A stretch of 64,000 nucleotides of DNA, taken from the NCBI GenBank assembly GCA_963707025.1, contig CAVPOM010000012.1, positions 416,001 through 480,000 of the forward strand. Reading direction: 5' to 3'. Of this stretch, positions 29,801 through 39,602 are shown piece after piece; within the stretch, counting starts at the first letter, position 1; each line of letters starts with the position of its first letter. The notes beneath the pieces were generated by a model, which saw only the letters and a list, made by a program, of their open reading frames with translations, was not told where the DNA came from and made no database searches. Both the position numbers and the translations under genes were made by a program. Source of the DNA: an uncultured Verrucomicrobiae bacterium. Lineage in GTDB: Bacteria; Verrucomicrobiota; Verrucomicrobiia; Limisphaerales; Palsa-1400.

Positions 29801-30015
29801 ATGGTCTTGGCGGCACGGCGGTGAATGGAGTTAATTACGAGTCGTTGAGTGGTTCGGCGGTGATTCCTGCTGGCTCGTCCTCCGTCACGGTGCTGGTCGA
29901 GCCCATAGGGCTGCTGGACTTGTTGAGGACCGTCGTGCTGACCGTTTCGCCCGGCCAGGCTTACGCTGTGGGGTCGCCCGGTTCAGCCACGGTGACCATT
30001 GTGGTCTCCTTTTAA
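26839..30015 (+). CDS. Secreted S8 subtilase with five PKD domains and a C-terminal Calx-beta-like domain
   Basis: Signal peptide (IIGATLLLGLWAPTQVRA); triad VIDTG, HGSHVAG, GTSMAA; oxyanion AAGN; five WxFGDG PKD repeats; terminal FTLTRTGSTSSPLTINYGLGGTA. Confidence 0.92.
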   Translation: MKTGKTLSHATDLLRTRWPRPIIIGATLLLGLWAPTQVRAQTSVNTKLTASVSGGQVQLRLQGQANQTYLVQVSSDLKNWTTVARGQTAGDGSMTVTDTWATRVQGRYYRSVLLGFPTGNASASLYRPDRILVKPKAGVNLGGLNLTLGVNMLQEFPAIGHLQVLQVPPGKTADLLIASFQASGQVQYAEHDYIVHALVTPNDFYYNDDDTLWGLHNDGSNGGLTNADIHAPEAWDIQNTASNVTVAVIDTGVRYTHEDLASNMWVNPNDGSHGLNTVTNGNAANDPNDDYGHGSHVAGILGAVGDNFVGVVGVAWSVPIMACCFLDSTGNGTISDAIACMDYARTNGAEIVNASWGTTNFDSQALYDAIDNLRQAGIIFVAAAGNSSYDNDMTPIYPASYNLDNIIAVAATTRSDQLASFSDYGPTNVALGAPGVDIESCWNGSDHDYESQSGTSMAAAYVSGACAILRAHFPNEDYHQIISQILTNVDQVPSLQGQCRSGGRLNLYRALTSGSPAHPPLAANFTASPTNGQAPLAVQFTDTSTGSPTAWDWNFGDGSTDSTTENPSHIYTNAGTFTVTLTVTGSGGATSSASGTITATNTSPPPPPPLAASFTASPTNGQAPLTVQFTDTSIGSPTAWDWNFGDGSTDGTTENPSHIYTNAGTFTVTLTVTGSGGATSSTSGTITATNASPPPPPPLAANFTASPTNGQAPLAVQFTDMSTGSPTAWDWNFGDGSTDSTTGNPSHTFTSAGNFTVTLTVSGSAGQTSSGSQSITVTNPPAAVTAQFSANPASGQAPLAVQFTDQSTGPVTAWKWNFGDGSTSSAQNPSHTYSSAGSFTAMLTVSGSAGQTSSGSQSITVTNPPAAVTAQFSANPTSGQAPLAVQFTDQSTGPVTAWKWSFGDGSTSSAQNPSHTYSSAGSFTAMLTVSGSSQQISSASQTITVTNAPPPPIVVTVVTSQSLATTLTPGAFTLTRTGSTSSPLTINYGLGGTAVNGVNYESLSGSAVIPAGSSSVTVLVEPIGLLDLLRTVVLTVSPGQAYAVGSPGSATVTIVVSF
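28396..29680 (+). repeat. Five tandem near-identical PKD-domain DNA repeats (units about 267 and about 249 bp)
   Basis: Repeated acggccagtccaaccaacggccaggcgcc...tgggattggaattttggcgacggctcgacg (x3) and gcgcctttggcggtgca...ttcggcgacggctcgaccagttcggcgcaaaatccg (x2). Confidence 0.9.
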
Positions 30016-30175
30016 CTGGGGGAGGAAACCAGGAATGAGAAGGTTTTGGACGATGACAACGGCCGCTCCTGACATCCAGGTGACGCGGGGCCAAATAACC
30101 GGTGTTCAACCCACCGGTTTTAGGGTGTTCACCCACTTTCCAACGGCGGGAGGCGTTCTATGCAGAAAATAAATT

Positions 30176-32548
30176 GTGTTTGTGAAAAAGGAGATACGCG
30201 TTCTATGTGTGGAAGACACGCCGGCTGACGTGGTGATGCTGAATCGTGCCTTGCGCCGAGGCGGCTTCAATTTTCGCTTGAAGCGGGTCGAAACCAAAGA
30301 GGTGTTTCTCGATGAATTGGAGCATCAACCGCCGGATTTGATCCTGTCCGATCACGGTTTGCCCACTTTTGACGGCTTCACGGCGCTGGAGATAGCGCGC
30401 CAAAGATGCCCAGACATTCCCTTCATTTTTGTCGCCGGCGCGCTGGGCGAGGAGAAGACGATCGAGACCTTTGAACGCGGCGCCACGGGTTACATCCTCA
30501 AAAAGGATCTTTCCAAACTTGTGCCGGCGGTCGAGCGCGCCTTGCAGGCGGCCGAGGAGCGGAAGGCGCTCAAACTTAAAGAGCAGCAATTGCGCGAAAG
30601 CGAGGAGCGCTACCGCCGGTTGATTGAATTCTGCCCGGATGCCTTCCTGGTCGAATGCGACCGGCACATTTTGTTTGCCAACATGGCCGCCGCCCGTTTG
30701 TTCGGCGTCGAAAACGCCGAACAACTCGTCGGCCAACCGATCCAGAACGTCGTCCACCCGGATTCCTGGCAAGTGCTTGAACAACAGATGGCCCGCCTGC
30801 GCGAAAATGGCACCACCTTCTTCTGGAGAAGAATTGCCAGGGGCAACGTCCAAAGCCTCGGTAATCAGGGCACCATTGTCCCGTTCATGGAGGCCAGATT
30901 CATCCGCCAGGACGGCTCGGTGGTGGAGGTGGAAGTGGCGGCCACGCCCATGACCCTGCGCCAGCGCCAGGCCGTTCAAATCATGGTCCGCAACATCACC
31001 GAGCGCAAAGAAACCGTGGAAAAATTGCGCCGCAGCGAGAGCATAAAAGCACTCATTCTGGAAACCGCGCTCGACGCCATTTTATTCATTGACTCCGAAG
31101 GGAGAGTCCAGGAATGGAACTCCGCCGCGCAGAAAATGTTCGGTTACAGTCGTGACCAGGCCGTGGGACAATTGATGGATGAATTGATCATTCCGCCCGC
31201 GCTGCGGGAAGTCCATCACGACGGCTTGACCAATTACCTGATGACCGGCGCGGGCAGCTTGATTGGGCGGCCCATCGAATTGACGCTTCGTCGCAAGGAC
31301 GGCCGCGAATTCCGCGCGGAAATCGGCATCAGCCGCATTTTGACGGAAGATTCCACGCACTGCACCGTGCTCATCCGCGACATCACCGAACGCAAGCAGG
31401 CCGAGGCCTCCTTGCGCGAAAGTGAGGAACGGTCCCGTTTGCTCTTGGAAAACGTGAAGGACTATGCCATCTACATGCTCGACTCACAAGGCAACGTCGT
31501 GACCTGGAACGCGGGGGCGGAGCAGGTCGAAGGTTTTCGGGCCGGGGAAATTATCGGAAAACATCTCTCCGCATTTTTCACTCCGGACGACGTGGCGCGC
31601 GGCGTGCCGCAGGAGGCGTTGCAACGCGCGGAACGCGAAGGCCGGGTTCTTAGCGAAGGCTGGCGCGTGCGCAAGGACGGCTCGCGCTTTTGGTTGCAGG
31701 GCGTCATCACCGCCTTGTACGATGAAGCGGGTCATCTGCAGGGTTTTTCCAAGATCGCCCACAACGTCACCAAAGAGAAGGAAGCGGAGGAAAAAATCCG
31801 TCAGATCAACGAGGAGTTGGAACAGCGCGTCCGCCACCGCACGGCGCAACTGGAAGCCGCCAACAGGGAACTGGAGGCCTTCAGCTATTCGATTTCGCAC
31901 GATTTGCGCGCGCCCTTGCGCCACATCACCCGCCACGTGGAAATCCTGCAAAACGAACTGGCGGCCAGCTTGGACGAAACCCGCCGCCAATACCTCCAAA
32001 CCATTGCCGATTCGGCCAAAAATCTCGGCAACTTGATCAACGCCCTGCTGGCCTTCTCTCGCATGGGCCGCTCGGAAATGCGCGTGCAACGCGTGAATCT
32101 GGCCGCCCTGGTCGAGGAGGCGCGCCAGGAGTTGCGCCACGACCTGGAGGGCCGCGACATTGACTGGCAAATCGGCCCTTTGCCCGAAGCGCAAGGCGAT
32201 CCGCTCATGCTCAGGCAGGTCATCGTCAATCTTATTTCCAACGCCTTGAAATACACCCGCCCGCGCGCGCAGGCCAAAATCGAAATCGGCGCCACCGATT
32301 CCGAAAACGAGATTGTATTCTTCATCCGCGATAACGGGGTCGGCTTCGAAATGGAATACATGGACAAATTATTCGGTCTTTTTCAGCGGCTGCATCCGGC
32401 CAACGAATTCGAAGGCATCGGCATCGGGCTGGCCAATGTGCGGCGCATCGTCCACCGGCATGGTGGACGCACTGGCGCCGTGGGCAAAGTGAACGACGGC
32501 GCGACTTTCTATTTCTCGATTCCAAAAATTCCAAAGGAGGGAACATGA
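30176..32548 (+). CDS. Hybrid sensor kinase REC-PAS-PAS-PAS-HisKA-HATPase
   Basis: VLCVEDT...LILSDH (receiver); three PAS/PAC repeats ending RNITER, RDITER, HNVTKE; H-box FSYSISHDLRAPL; NLISNALKY, DNGVGF, GIGIGLA. Confidence 0.93.
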   Translation: MFVKKEIRVLCVEDTPADVVMLNRALRRGGFNFRLKRVETKEVFLDELEHQPPDLILSDHGLPTFDGFTALEIARQRCPDIPFIFVAGALGEEKTIETFERGATGYILKKDLSKLVPAVERALQAAEERKALKLKEQQLRESEERYRRLIEFCPDAFLVECDRHILFANMAAARLFGVENAEQLVGQPIQNVVHPDSWQVLEQQMARLRENGTTFFWRRIARGNVQSLGNQGTIVPFMEARFIRQDGSVVEVEVAATPMTLRQRQAVQIMVRNITERKETVEKLRRSESIKALILETALDAILFIDSEGRVQEWNSAAQKMFGYSRDQAVGQLMDELIIPPALREVHHDGLTNYLMTGAGSLIGRPIELTLRRKDGREFRAEIGISRILTEDSTHCTVLIRDITERKQAEASLRESEERSRLLLENVKDYAIYMLDSQGNVVTWNAGAEQVEGFRAGEIIGKHLSAFFTPDDVARGVPQEALQRAEREGRVLSEGWRVRKDGSRFWLQGVITALYDEAGHLQGFSKIAHNVTKEKEAEEKIRQINEELEQRVRHRTAQLEAANRELEAFSYSISHDLRAPLRHITRHVEILQNELAASLDETRRQYLQTIADSAKNLGNLINALLAFSRMGRSEMRVQRVNLAALVEEARQELRHDLEGRDIDWQIGPLPEAQGDPLMLRQVIVNLISNALKYTRPRAQAKIEIGATDSENEIVFFIRDNGVGFEMEYMDKLFGLFQRLHPANEFEGIGIGLANVRRIVHRHGGRTGAVGKVNDGATFYFSIPKIPKEGT

Positions 32549-33045
32549 CCGAAGGCAGATGGATTTTGCTGGCTGAAGACAACGCCAATGACGCCGATTT
32601 GGCCCTGCGCGCTCTGGCGGCTCACCAAGTGCCCAGCAGCGTCGTTCTGGTGGCCGATGGCGTGGAGGCGCTCGATTGCCTCTATCGGCGCGGCGCGTTT
32701 CGAGGCCATGATCCCGGTCTGCCGGCGGTGGTGCTGCTGGGTTTGAAGATGCCTAAAGTGGACGGCTTGGAAGTGTTGCGACAAATCAAGAACGACGCCG
32801 CGCTGAAGCACATTCCAGTCGTCGTCTTCACTTCTTCCCGAGAAGGAGCGGATCTCACCCGGACTTACCAATTGGGCGTCAACTCCTATGTCGTCAAGCC
32901 GCTCGGCTTTCAGGAATTTGTGGCTACGCTCAAGGACGTGAGAAGTTTCTGGCTCACCATTAGCGAGTTGCCGCCGGTGGCATCAACACCCGGCACGGGT
33001 CCGCCGGTCCAACTCGCGCAACCGGAACCGGCCCAGGCCGTTTGA
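32545..33045 (+). CDS. Single-domain response regulator (Rcp1-like) lacking the phospho-acceptor Asp
   Basis: ILLAEDNAND...VVLLGLKMPKVDG...VFTSS...NSYVVKP; GGT at 32740 where GAT (Asp) is expected. Confidence 0.85.
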   Translation: MTEGRWILLAEDNANDADLALRALAAHQVPSSVVLVADGVEALDCLYRRGAFRGHDPGLPAVVLLGLKMPKVDGLEVLRQIKNDAALKHIPVVVFTSSREGADLTRTYQLGVNSYVVKPLGFQEFVATLKDVRSFWLTISELPPVASTPGTGPPVQLAQPEPAQAV

Positions 33046-33050
33046 ACTTA

Positions 33051-33808
33051 TTGAAAAATGAAATTCGCATCCTCCTGCTTGAGGACAGCGCGACCGATGC
33101 CGACCTTATCCGGCACGCGCTGCGCCTGGGCGGTTTTGTCTTTTCCTGGGCCCAAGTGGACAACAAAACCGACTTCATCCGGTAATTGGGCCAATTCGCG
33201 CCGGATTTGATCCTGGCCGATTTTTCCTTGCCCTCGCTGGACGGTTACACGGGGCCGGACCTGGCCCGGGAAGAATGTTCCGACGTGCCCTTCATTTTCG
33301 TCACCGGCACCCTGGGCGAGGAAGTGGCGATTGAAACGCTCAAGAAGGGCGCGACCGATTACGTGCTCAAGCATCGCCTCTCGCGCCTGGTGCCCCCCGT
33401 GCAGCGCGCCCTGCGCGAAGCGGAGGGCAGGGGGTGCGCAGACTCGCCGAGGAACAACTGCGGGAATCGCACGCCCAACTCCACCAAAGTCGCGGCGCGC
33501 TTGTTCGAGGCGGCCGAACATTTCATTCTGGAAGTCAAGGACAACGGGCGCGGCATTTCCCAAAGTGAGACGCTGAACACCAAATCCATCGGGTTGATTG
33601 GCATGCGCGAACGGGCCTCCTTGCTGGGGGCGAAGTGCGCTGGCGCGGTGATGCGGGCAAGGCCACCACCGTCAGCCAGATCGCGAGGGAACTTTCCTTG
33701 AGCGTCAAAACGATCAGCACCTATCGCGCCCGTCTGCTGCAAAAGATGGACCTGAAAAACAACGCCGAACTGACGCACTACGCCATGCAAAATGAACTGG
33801 TGGATTGA
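33051..33808 (+). pseudogene. Collapsed REC + NarX-like HATPase + LuxR-HTH remnants
   Basis: TTG start; IRILLLEDSATDA, in-frame TAA at 33183, DLILADFSLP...DYVLK; then LEVKDNGRGI...SIGLIGMRERA; then, in another frame, TVSQIARELSLSVKTISTYRARLLQKMDLKNNAELTHYA...VD* (stop 33808). Confidence 0.8.
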
Positions 33809-33878
33809 TTCGGGTCCGAACCCGCGCCGCACCCACCCAGCTGACAGTTGATCATCCGGGCCCTGAACGCGCCGGCCC

Positions 33879-34083
33879 TTACGGACTGACACTGCTTTTG
33901 ATGATCCCTCGGGAAATGGCGGAACGCGTCAGACCGGCCGTGTGGTGAATGTTGAGCTTGTTCATCACCTCCTGGCCGTGTTTCTCCACCGTCTTGACGC
34001 TAATGCACAGTTCGGCAGAAATCTGTTTGTTGACCTTGCCTTCGGCCACCAGTTGCAACACTTCCGCCTCGCGGGAAGTCAGC
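33879..34083 (-). pseudogene. Orphan LuxR/NarL HTH fragment
   Basis: LTSREAEVLQLVAEGKVNKQISAELCISVKTVEKH...KLNIHHTAGLTR; no receiver domain upstream. Confidence 0.7.
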
Positions 34084-34568
34084 CGCTCCCTCTGTGTCCC
34101 GGCTGGAACTCCATTCCAGAACGCCTAGGACCGTGGGTGTCGGACAGAATCGGACAAGCAGACAGGCGGAACACTGACGGAAAAATCAGACGGCCAAGAC
34201 ATGGCTGCACTGGAGTGAATGGGCCATGCTGGTAACGCATGAGAAGGATTGCTGAGCAAATCGCGGGCCGCACCGCTGGCCAGGCGCTCTGTCACAAGAC
34301 AGCGCGTCCGACTGGGCGCCTGCCACAAAAAAGGGCAACCGCCAGGTTCTCAATCGCACTGGAAAAGGAAATCTTCCTGGGAAAATCAACTGGCCTAAGA
34401 ATTAGCTGCCAATTTGCTCAAGGAATCTCATGAACCGGGTCCACAAACAGATTGGGACCTTCCTCTTGCTGGCGGAGCAAGCAACCGCCTCTCCTGACGT
34501 GACATCGGTCAGGCTCAAAGGGTTGGCCATAACGAACCGGACAGTCACACCGAAAACGTAGATTAGAA

Positions 34569-36372
34569 ATGAATTCCATCAAGCATCAAACGCTGGCGTG
34601 CCGGTGTCTCTTTACCTCCTGGCTCCTCTTGACCTTGGCCTGCCTTTGGTCGCCTTCGGCTCAAGCGACGGAATATTATGTGTCCACCCAGGGCAGCGAT
34701 TCGAATCCGGGAACGGCGGCGCAGCCGTTCCAGACCGTAACGCATGCCTACAGCCTGGCCGGTCCGGGTACCACCATCATTGTTCTGCCCGGGGTCTATA
34801 CCGACTACACCAGCGGCTGGGGACTGCATTTGGGCGCCAGCGGGACGGCCGCCAACCCCATCGTGCTGGTCTCGCAAGTCCGCGGCGCAGCCATTATTGA
34901 TGGCCAGAACGCTTCGGATCGCAACCTGGCCATCTATCTGGACGGCAGTTACAATGTGGTGCAGGGCTTTGGCATCCGCAACGGCCCCAACGGCGGCATC
35001 TCCATCTGGGGCAACGGCAATCAAATCCTGGACAACGAAATTTATAACAACGGCAACCCGGCCAGCACCAGCAGCAACGGCCGGGATGGGGTCTATTCCG
35101 ACCAGACCACCAGCGCCAACGTGTATGCGGGCAACTTGGTTCACGACAACGGGCGGCCGGGCAGCAATCTCGATCACGGTTTGTATCTGTGCGGCCAGAA
35201 CGAGTTGGTCATCAACAACGTCCTGCTGCGCAATGCCGCCTGCGGCCTGCAGATCGCCGGCTACACCACGGTGGTCAATCTGCGGGTGTATAACAACGTC
35301 ATCGCCTGGAACGGCCATGACGGCATCATCCTCTGGCAGGCGCTGAGCGGGGTGGACATCCAGAACAATGTCCTTTACCAAAACGGCGAATACGGGCTGG
35401 GCTCTTATGCGGCCACGGGCAGCGGGGTGGTGGTTGATCACAATCTCTGCTTTGGCAACGGCTCCGGGGACTACGATTTCACCGCCGGAGGCTCCACTTA
35501 CAGCTACACCCTGGGCACGGCGCTCTCAGCCGACCCGCTCTTCGTCAATGAGAACCTCGTCCGGGTTCGACGCGCACTTGGGCGCCGGCTCCCCGGCCAT
35601 CGGTGCCGGACTCAATTTTTACACGACCTTTACCACCGACCTGGCCGGGGCGGCGCGGCCAGCCTCCGGCCCGTGGGGCCTGGGCGCCTATGTCTATGGC
35701 GGGGGCGCGACGACGCCACCCGCCGCTTCCATGAGCACGCCGGCCAACGACGCGACGGTGTCGGGTTCCATCACCGTCTCCGCCACCGCCTCGGACCAAG
35801 TTGGCGTGGCCAGTGTTCAATTCCTGCTGGATGGCGCGAACCTTGACGCCGCGCTGACCGCCGCCCCGTTTGCCATCACATGGGATTCAACCACGGTGGC
35901 CGACGGCTCGCATACGCTGACCGCGCTGGCCACCGACGCCTCCGGCAACCAAGCCACGGCCGCGCCGGTCAACATTCTGGTCAGCAACACCGTCTCCTCG
36001 CTTGGCTTGCCGACGGTGGCGGTGGTGGCTAACCCAGCCACGGCCGTGATCGGCACGGCCAACGACGCGGTGTTGACGTTCGTGCGGACGGGGGACACCA
36101 CGCAGCCGTTGACGGTGAATTTCGCCCTCGGTGGCACGGCGGCCCAAGGGACCGACTACCACACGACTAGCGGCGACATGCCAGTGTCTGTGACCATTCC
36201 CGCCGGCTACAGCCAGGCCAATCTGACCATTGTGGGCGTGAGCAATTCCACCGGCGCAAATCCAGAAACGGCCACGTTTACACTGACGCCCAGCGCAGCC
36301 TACACCATCGGCTCGCCAGACAGCGCGACCATTACGATTGTCAAGCAGGCAGTTCGTAAGAGAAAACATTGA
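34569..36372 (+). CDS. Secreted right-handed beta-helix + bacterial Ig + Calx-beta-like protein (copy 1; extra A at about 35553)
   Basis: Signal peptide; YYVSTQGSDSNPGTAAQPFQT (DUF1565-type start); Asn-rich beta-helix; VASVQFLLDG...WDSTTVADGSHTLTA (Ig). The frameshift is identified by comparison with copy 2. Confidence 0.85.
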
Positions 36373-36777
36373 GGCCGGGACGACCCTCAAGCGCAATGGC
36401 TGGCGGGGCTATTCTCAGATAGCCCTGTCGCCTCATCAGCACGGACCGGCCTCGGGTCCAATGGCCCGCCACATCCATCGAGGCTTGGGTAATCCAAATA
36501 CTAGCGTAGTGTAACAGCCTCAGGCTTACAATCGCCCCGGCCTTCTTGCCCAGCGTACGCCAATTCAACGCTGGAGGGCATTGTAAAGACATCTCTGTTA
36601 CACATCACTAGCATCAGGGGCATCCCTAGACCCAATCCTGGACCGCGGCTCCAGCCAGGCCCCGTGTCGCAAATCCGGGCGTCCGACCATGCGCCTGTCG
36701 CAAAAGGGGGCAACCAGGAGGTCCTTGATCGTGATGGAGAAAAGAAGCCTCCGGGGAAAATCAATCGGACTAAGAAG

Positions 36778-36792
36778 TGGCCAGCGATTTGC
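36778..36792 (+). promoter_or_regulatory. Sigma54 -24/-12 promoter candidate
   Basis: TGGC-CAGCGAT-TTGC with exact spacing; the paralogous site at 34403-34417 reads TAGC-TGCCAAT-TTGC. Confidence 0.5.
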
Positions 36793-36942
36793 TTAAGAGA
36801 GTCATGAAGCGGATCGACACGTGGCTGGGGATCCCCCTCTCGTTGGCGGAGCAAGCAACCGCCTCTCCTGACGTGACATCGGTCAGGCTCAAAGGGTTCA
36901 CCATAACGAACCCGACAGTCACGCCAAAAACTCAATTAGATA

Positions 36943-39289
36943 ATGAAATACATCAATCATCATACGCTGGCGTGCCGGTGTCTCTTTACCTCCTGGCTCC
37001 TCTTGACCTTGGCCTGCCTTTGGCCACCTTTCGGCTCAAGCGACAGAATATTATGTGTCCACCCAGGGCAGCGATTCGAATCCGGGAACGGCGGCGCAGC
37101 CGTTCCAGACCGTAACGCATGCCTACAGCCTGGCCGGTCCGGGTACCACCATCATTGTTCTGCCCGGGGTCTATACCGACTACACCAGCGGCTGGGGACT
37201 GCATTTGGGCGCCAGCGGGACGGCCGCCAACCCCATCGTGCTGGTCTCGCAAGTCCGCGGCGCAGCCATTATTGATGGCCAGAACGCTTCGGATCGCAAC
37301 CTGGCCATCTATCTGGACGGCAGTTACAATGTGGTGCAGGGCTTTGGCATCCGCAACGGCCCCAACGGCGGCATCTCCATCTGGGGCAACGGCAATCAAA
37401 TCCTGGACAACGAAATTTATAACAACGGCAACCCGGCCAGCACCAGCAGCAACGGCCGGGATGGGGTCTATTCCGACCAGACCACCAGCGCCAACGTGTA
37501 TGCGGGCAACTTGGTTCACGACAACGGGCGGCCGGGCAGCAATCTCGATCACGGTTTGTATCTGTGCGGCCAGAACGAGTTGGTCATCAACAACGTCCTG
37601 CTGCGCAATGCCGCCTGCGGCCTGCAGATCGCCGGCTACACCACGGTGGTCAATCTGCGGGTGTATAACAACGTCATCGCCTGGAACGGCCATGACGGCA
37701 TCATCCTCTGGCAGGCGCTGAGCGGGGTGGACATCCAGAACAATGTCCTTTACCAAAACGGCGAATACGGGCTGGGCTCTTATGCGGCCACGGGCAGCGG
37801 GGTGGTGGTTGATCACAATCTCTGCTTTGGCAACGGCTCCGGGGACTACGATTTCACCGCCGGAGGCTCCACTTACAGCTACACCCTGGGCACGGCGCTC
37901 TCAGCCGACCCGCTCTTCGTCAATGAGACCTCGTCCGGGTTCGACGCGCACTTGGGCGCCGGCTCCCCGGCCATCGGTGCCGGACTCAATTTTTACACGA
38001 CCTTTACCACCGACCTGGCCGGGGCGGCGCGGCCAGCCTCCGGCCCGTGGGGCCTGGGCGCCTATGTCTATGGCGGGGGCGCGACGACGCCACCCGCCGC
38101 TTCCATGAGCACGCCGGCCAACGACGCGACGGTGTCGGGTTCCATCACCGTCTCCGCCACCGCCTCGGACCAAGTTGGCGTGGCCAGTGTTCAATTCCTG
38201 CTGGATGGCGCGAACCTTGACGCCGCGCTGACCGCCGCCCCGTTTGCCATCACATGGGATTCAACCACGGTGGCCGACGGCTCGCATACGCTGACCGCGC
38301 TGGCCACCGACGCCTCCGGCAACCAAGCCACGGCCGCGCCGGTCAACATTCTGGTCAGCAACACCGTCTCCTCGCTTGGCTTGCCGACGGTGGCGGTGGT
38401 GGCTAACCCAGCCACGGCCGTGATCGGCACGGCCAACGACGCGGTGTTGACGTTCGTGCGGACGGGGGACACCACGCAGCCGTTGACGGTGAATTTCGCC
38501 CTCGGTGGCACGGCGGCCCAAGGGACCGACTACCACACGACTAGCGGCGACATGCCAGTGTCTGTGACCATTCCCGCCGGCTACAGCCAGGCCAATCTGA
38601 CCATTGTGGGCGTGAGCAATTCCACCGGCGCAAATCCAGAAACGGCCACGTTTACACTGACGCCCAGCGCAGCCTACACCGTCGGCTCGCCGGCCAGCGC
38701 GACCATCACGATTGTGAGCAATCCCGTCGCCCCATTGCCGACCGTCTCCGTGACGGCCACAACGCCCAACGCTTCGCGCGTGGGCCCCACCGAAGGCAAT
38801 TTCACTCTCACGCGCAACGGCAGCACGGCGTCATCACTCACGGTGAATTTCTCGCTCGGCGGCACGGCGGCGAACGGGGTCGCTTACGGCACGCTTGGCA
38901 CGTCCGCCACGATTCCGGCGGGCGCGGTTTCAACCAACGTCACTATCGCGCCCTTGGACAGCGCGAGCTATGTCGGCGCGGAAACGGCCGTGCTCACACT
39001 GTCGGTCAATTCGGCCTATACGGTGGGTTTGGCGGACAGTGCCACGGTCAAGATCGCGGGCAATAATGTGCCGGTCAGCGGCCGCAAAACTACGGCCAAC
39101 AACCTCAAAATTACCTGGCCCAGCGTGGTGGGCAAAGTTTATCGCGTTGCCTGCGTGACCAGCCTGAGCGAGACGGTCTGGAGCAACTTGAGCGGCCTGA
39201 TCACCGCTACCGGCACCACCACTTCCTATACCGACACAACGGCCAACAAGGTTGCCACCCGCTATTACCTGGTCTATGTGACGGATTAA
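36943..39289 (+). CDS. Secreted beta-helix + Ig + 2x Calx-beta-like + C-terminal verrucomicrobial beta-domain protein (copy 2; extra T at about 37030)
   Basis: The signal peptide in ORF 36943.. joins ORF 37055..39289 after removing one T (ccttt vs cctt in copy 1). Longer C-terminus ending YTDTTANKVATRYYLVYVTD. Confidence 0.85.
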
Positions 39290-39318
39290 TCCTGAGGCGC
39301 CTCCCTCAGAGACAAGAC

Positions 39319-39347
39319 GGCCGCTGTTTTCGGCGGCCCTTTTTTTT
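39319..39347 (+). terminator. Rho-independent terminator
   Basis: ggccgctg-tttt-cggcggcc followed by c and T8. Confidence 0.85.
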
Positions 39348-39602
39348 GTTTATGGAAGGCGGTGGCCATGAATTCAGCAATGGGTTCCAGAGACTGGCGG
39401 GTCCCAAGCCGGCCTTCACCCTCCTCCCGCCCCCGTCCGGGCGCCTTGGTGTTACGAAGGAGCAACATCCGCCTAGGGTGTTTCCAACCCGCATTTTGCG
39501 GGTTCCAACCCATATCCACGCGGCCAGGCAGTGAGTAGCCTGTTCGCGCTTACCGGCACGGGTTCGTGCCGCAAGCAAGTGCGGCAGACAATTTACGCCA
39601 GC

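Larger units (their letters stand above)
34330..38680 (+). repeat. Direct tandem duplication, offset about 2374-2375 bp (about 34330-36306 vs about 36705-38680)
   Basis: Overlapping ORF translations of the coding cores are identical (e.g. 34744..35346 = 37119..37721; 35817..36137 = 38191..38511). The upstream about 330 bp are homologous but diverged. Confidence 0.95.

Noticed and set aside
34471..34525. Assignment of the leader hairpins to a known riboswitch (e.g. c-di-GMP)
   Set aside because: I cannot match the consensus motifs of any known class; kept only as an unassigned element.
39357..39364. ggcggtgg as an RfaH ops element
   Set aside because: Mismatch to GGCGGTAG, immediately after a terminator, and likely to occur by chance in GC-rich DNA.
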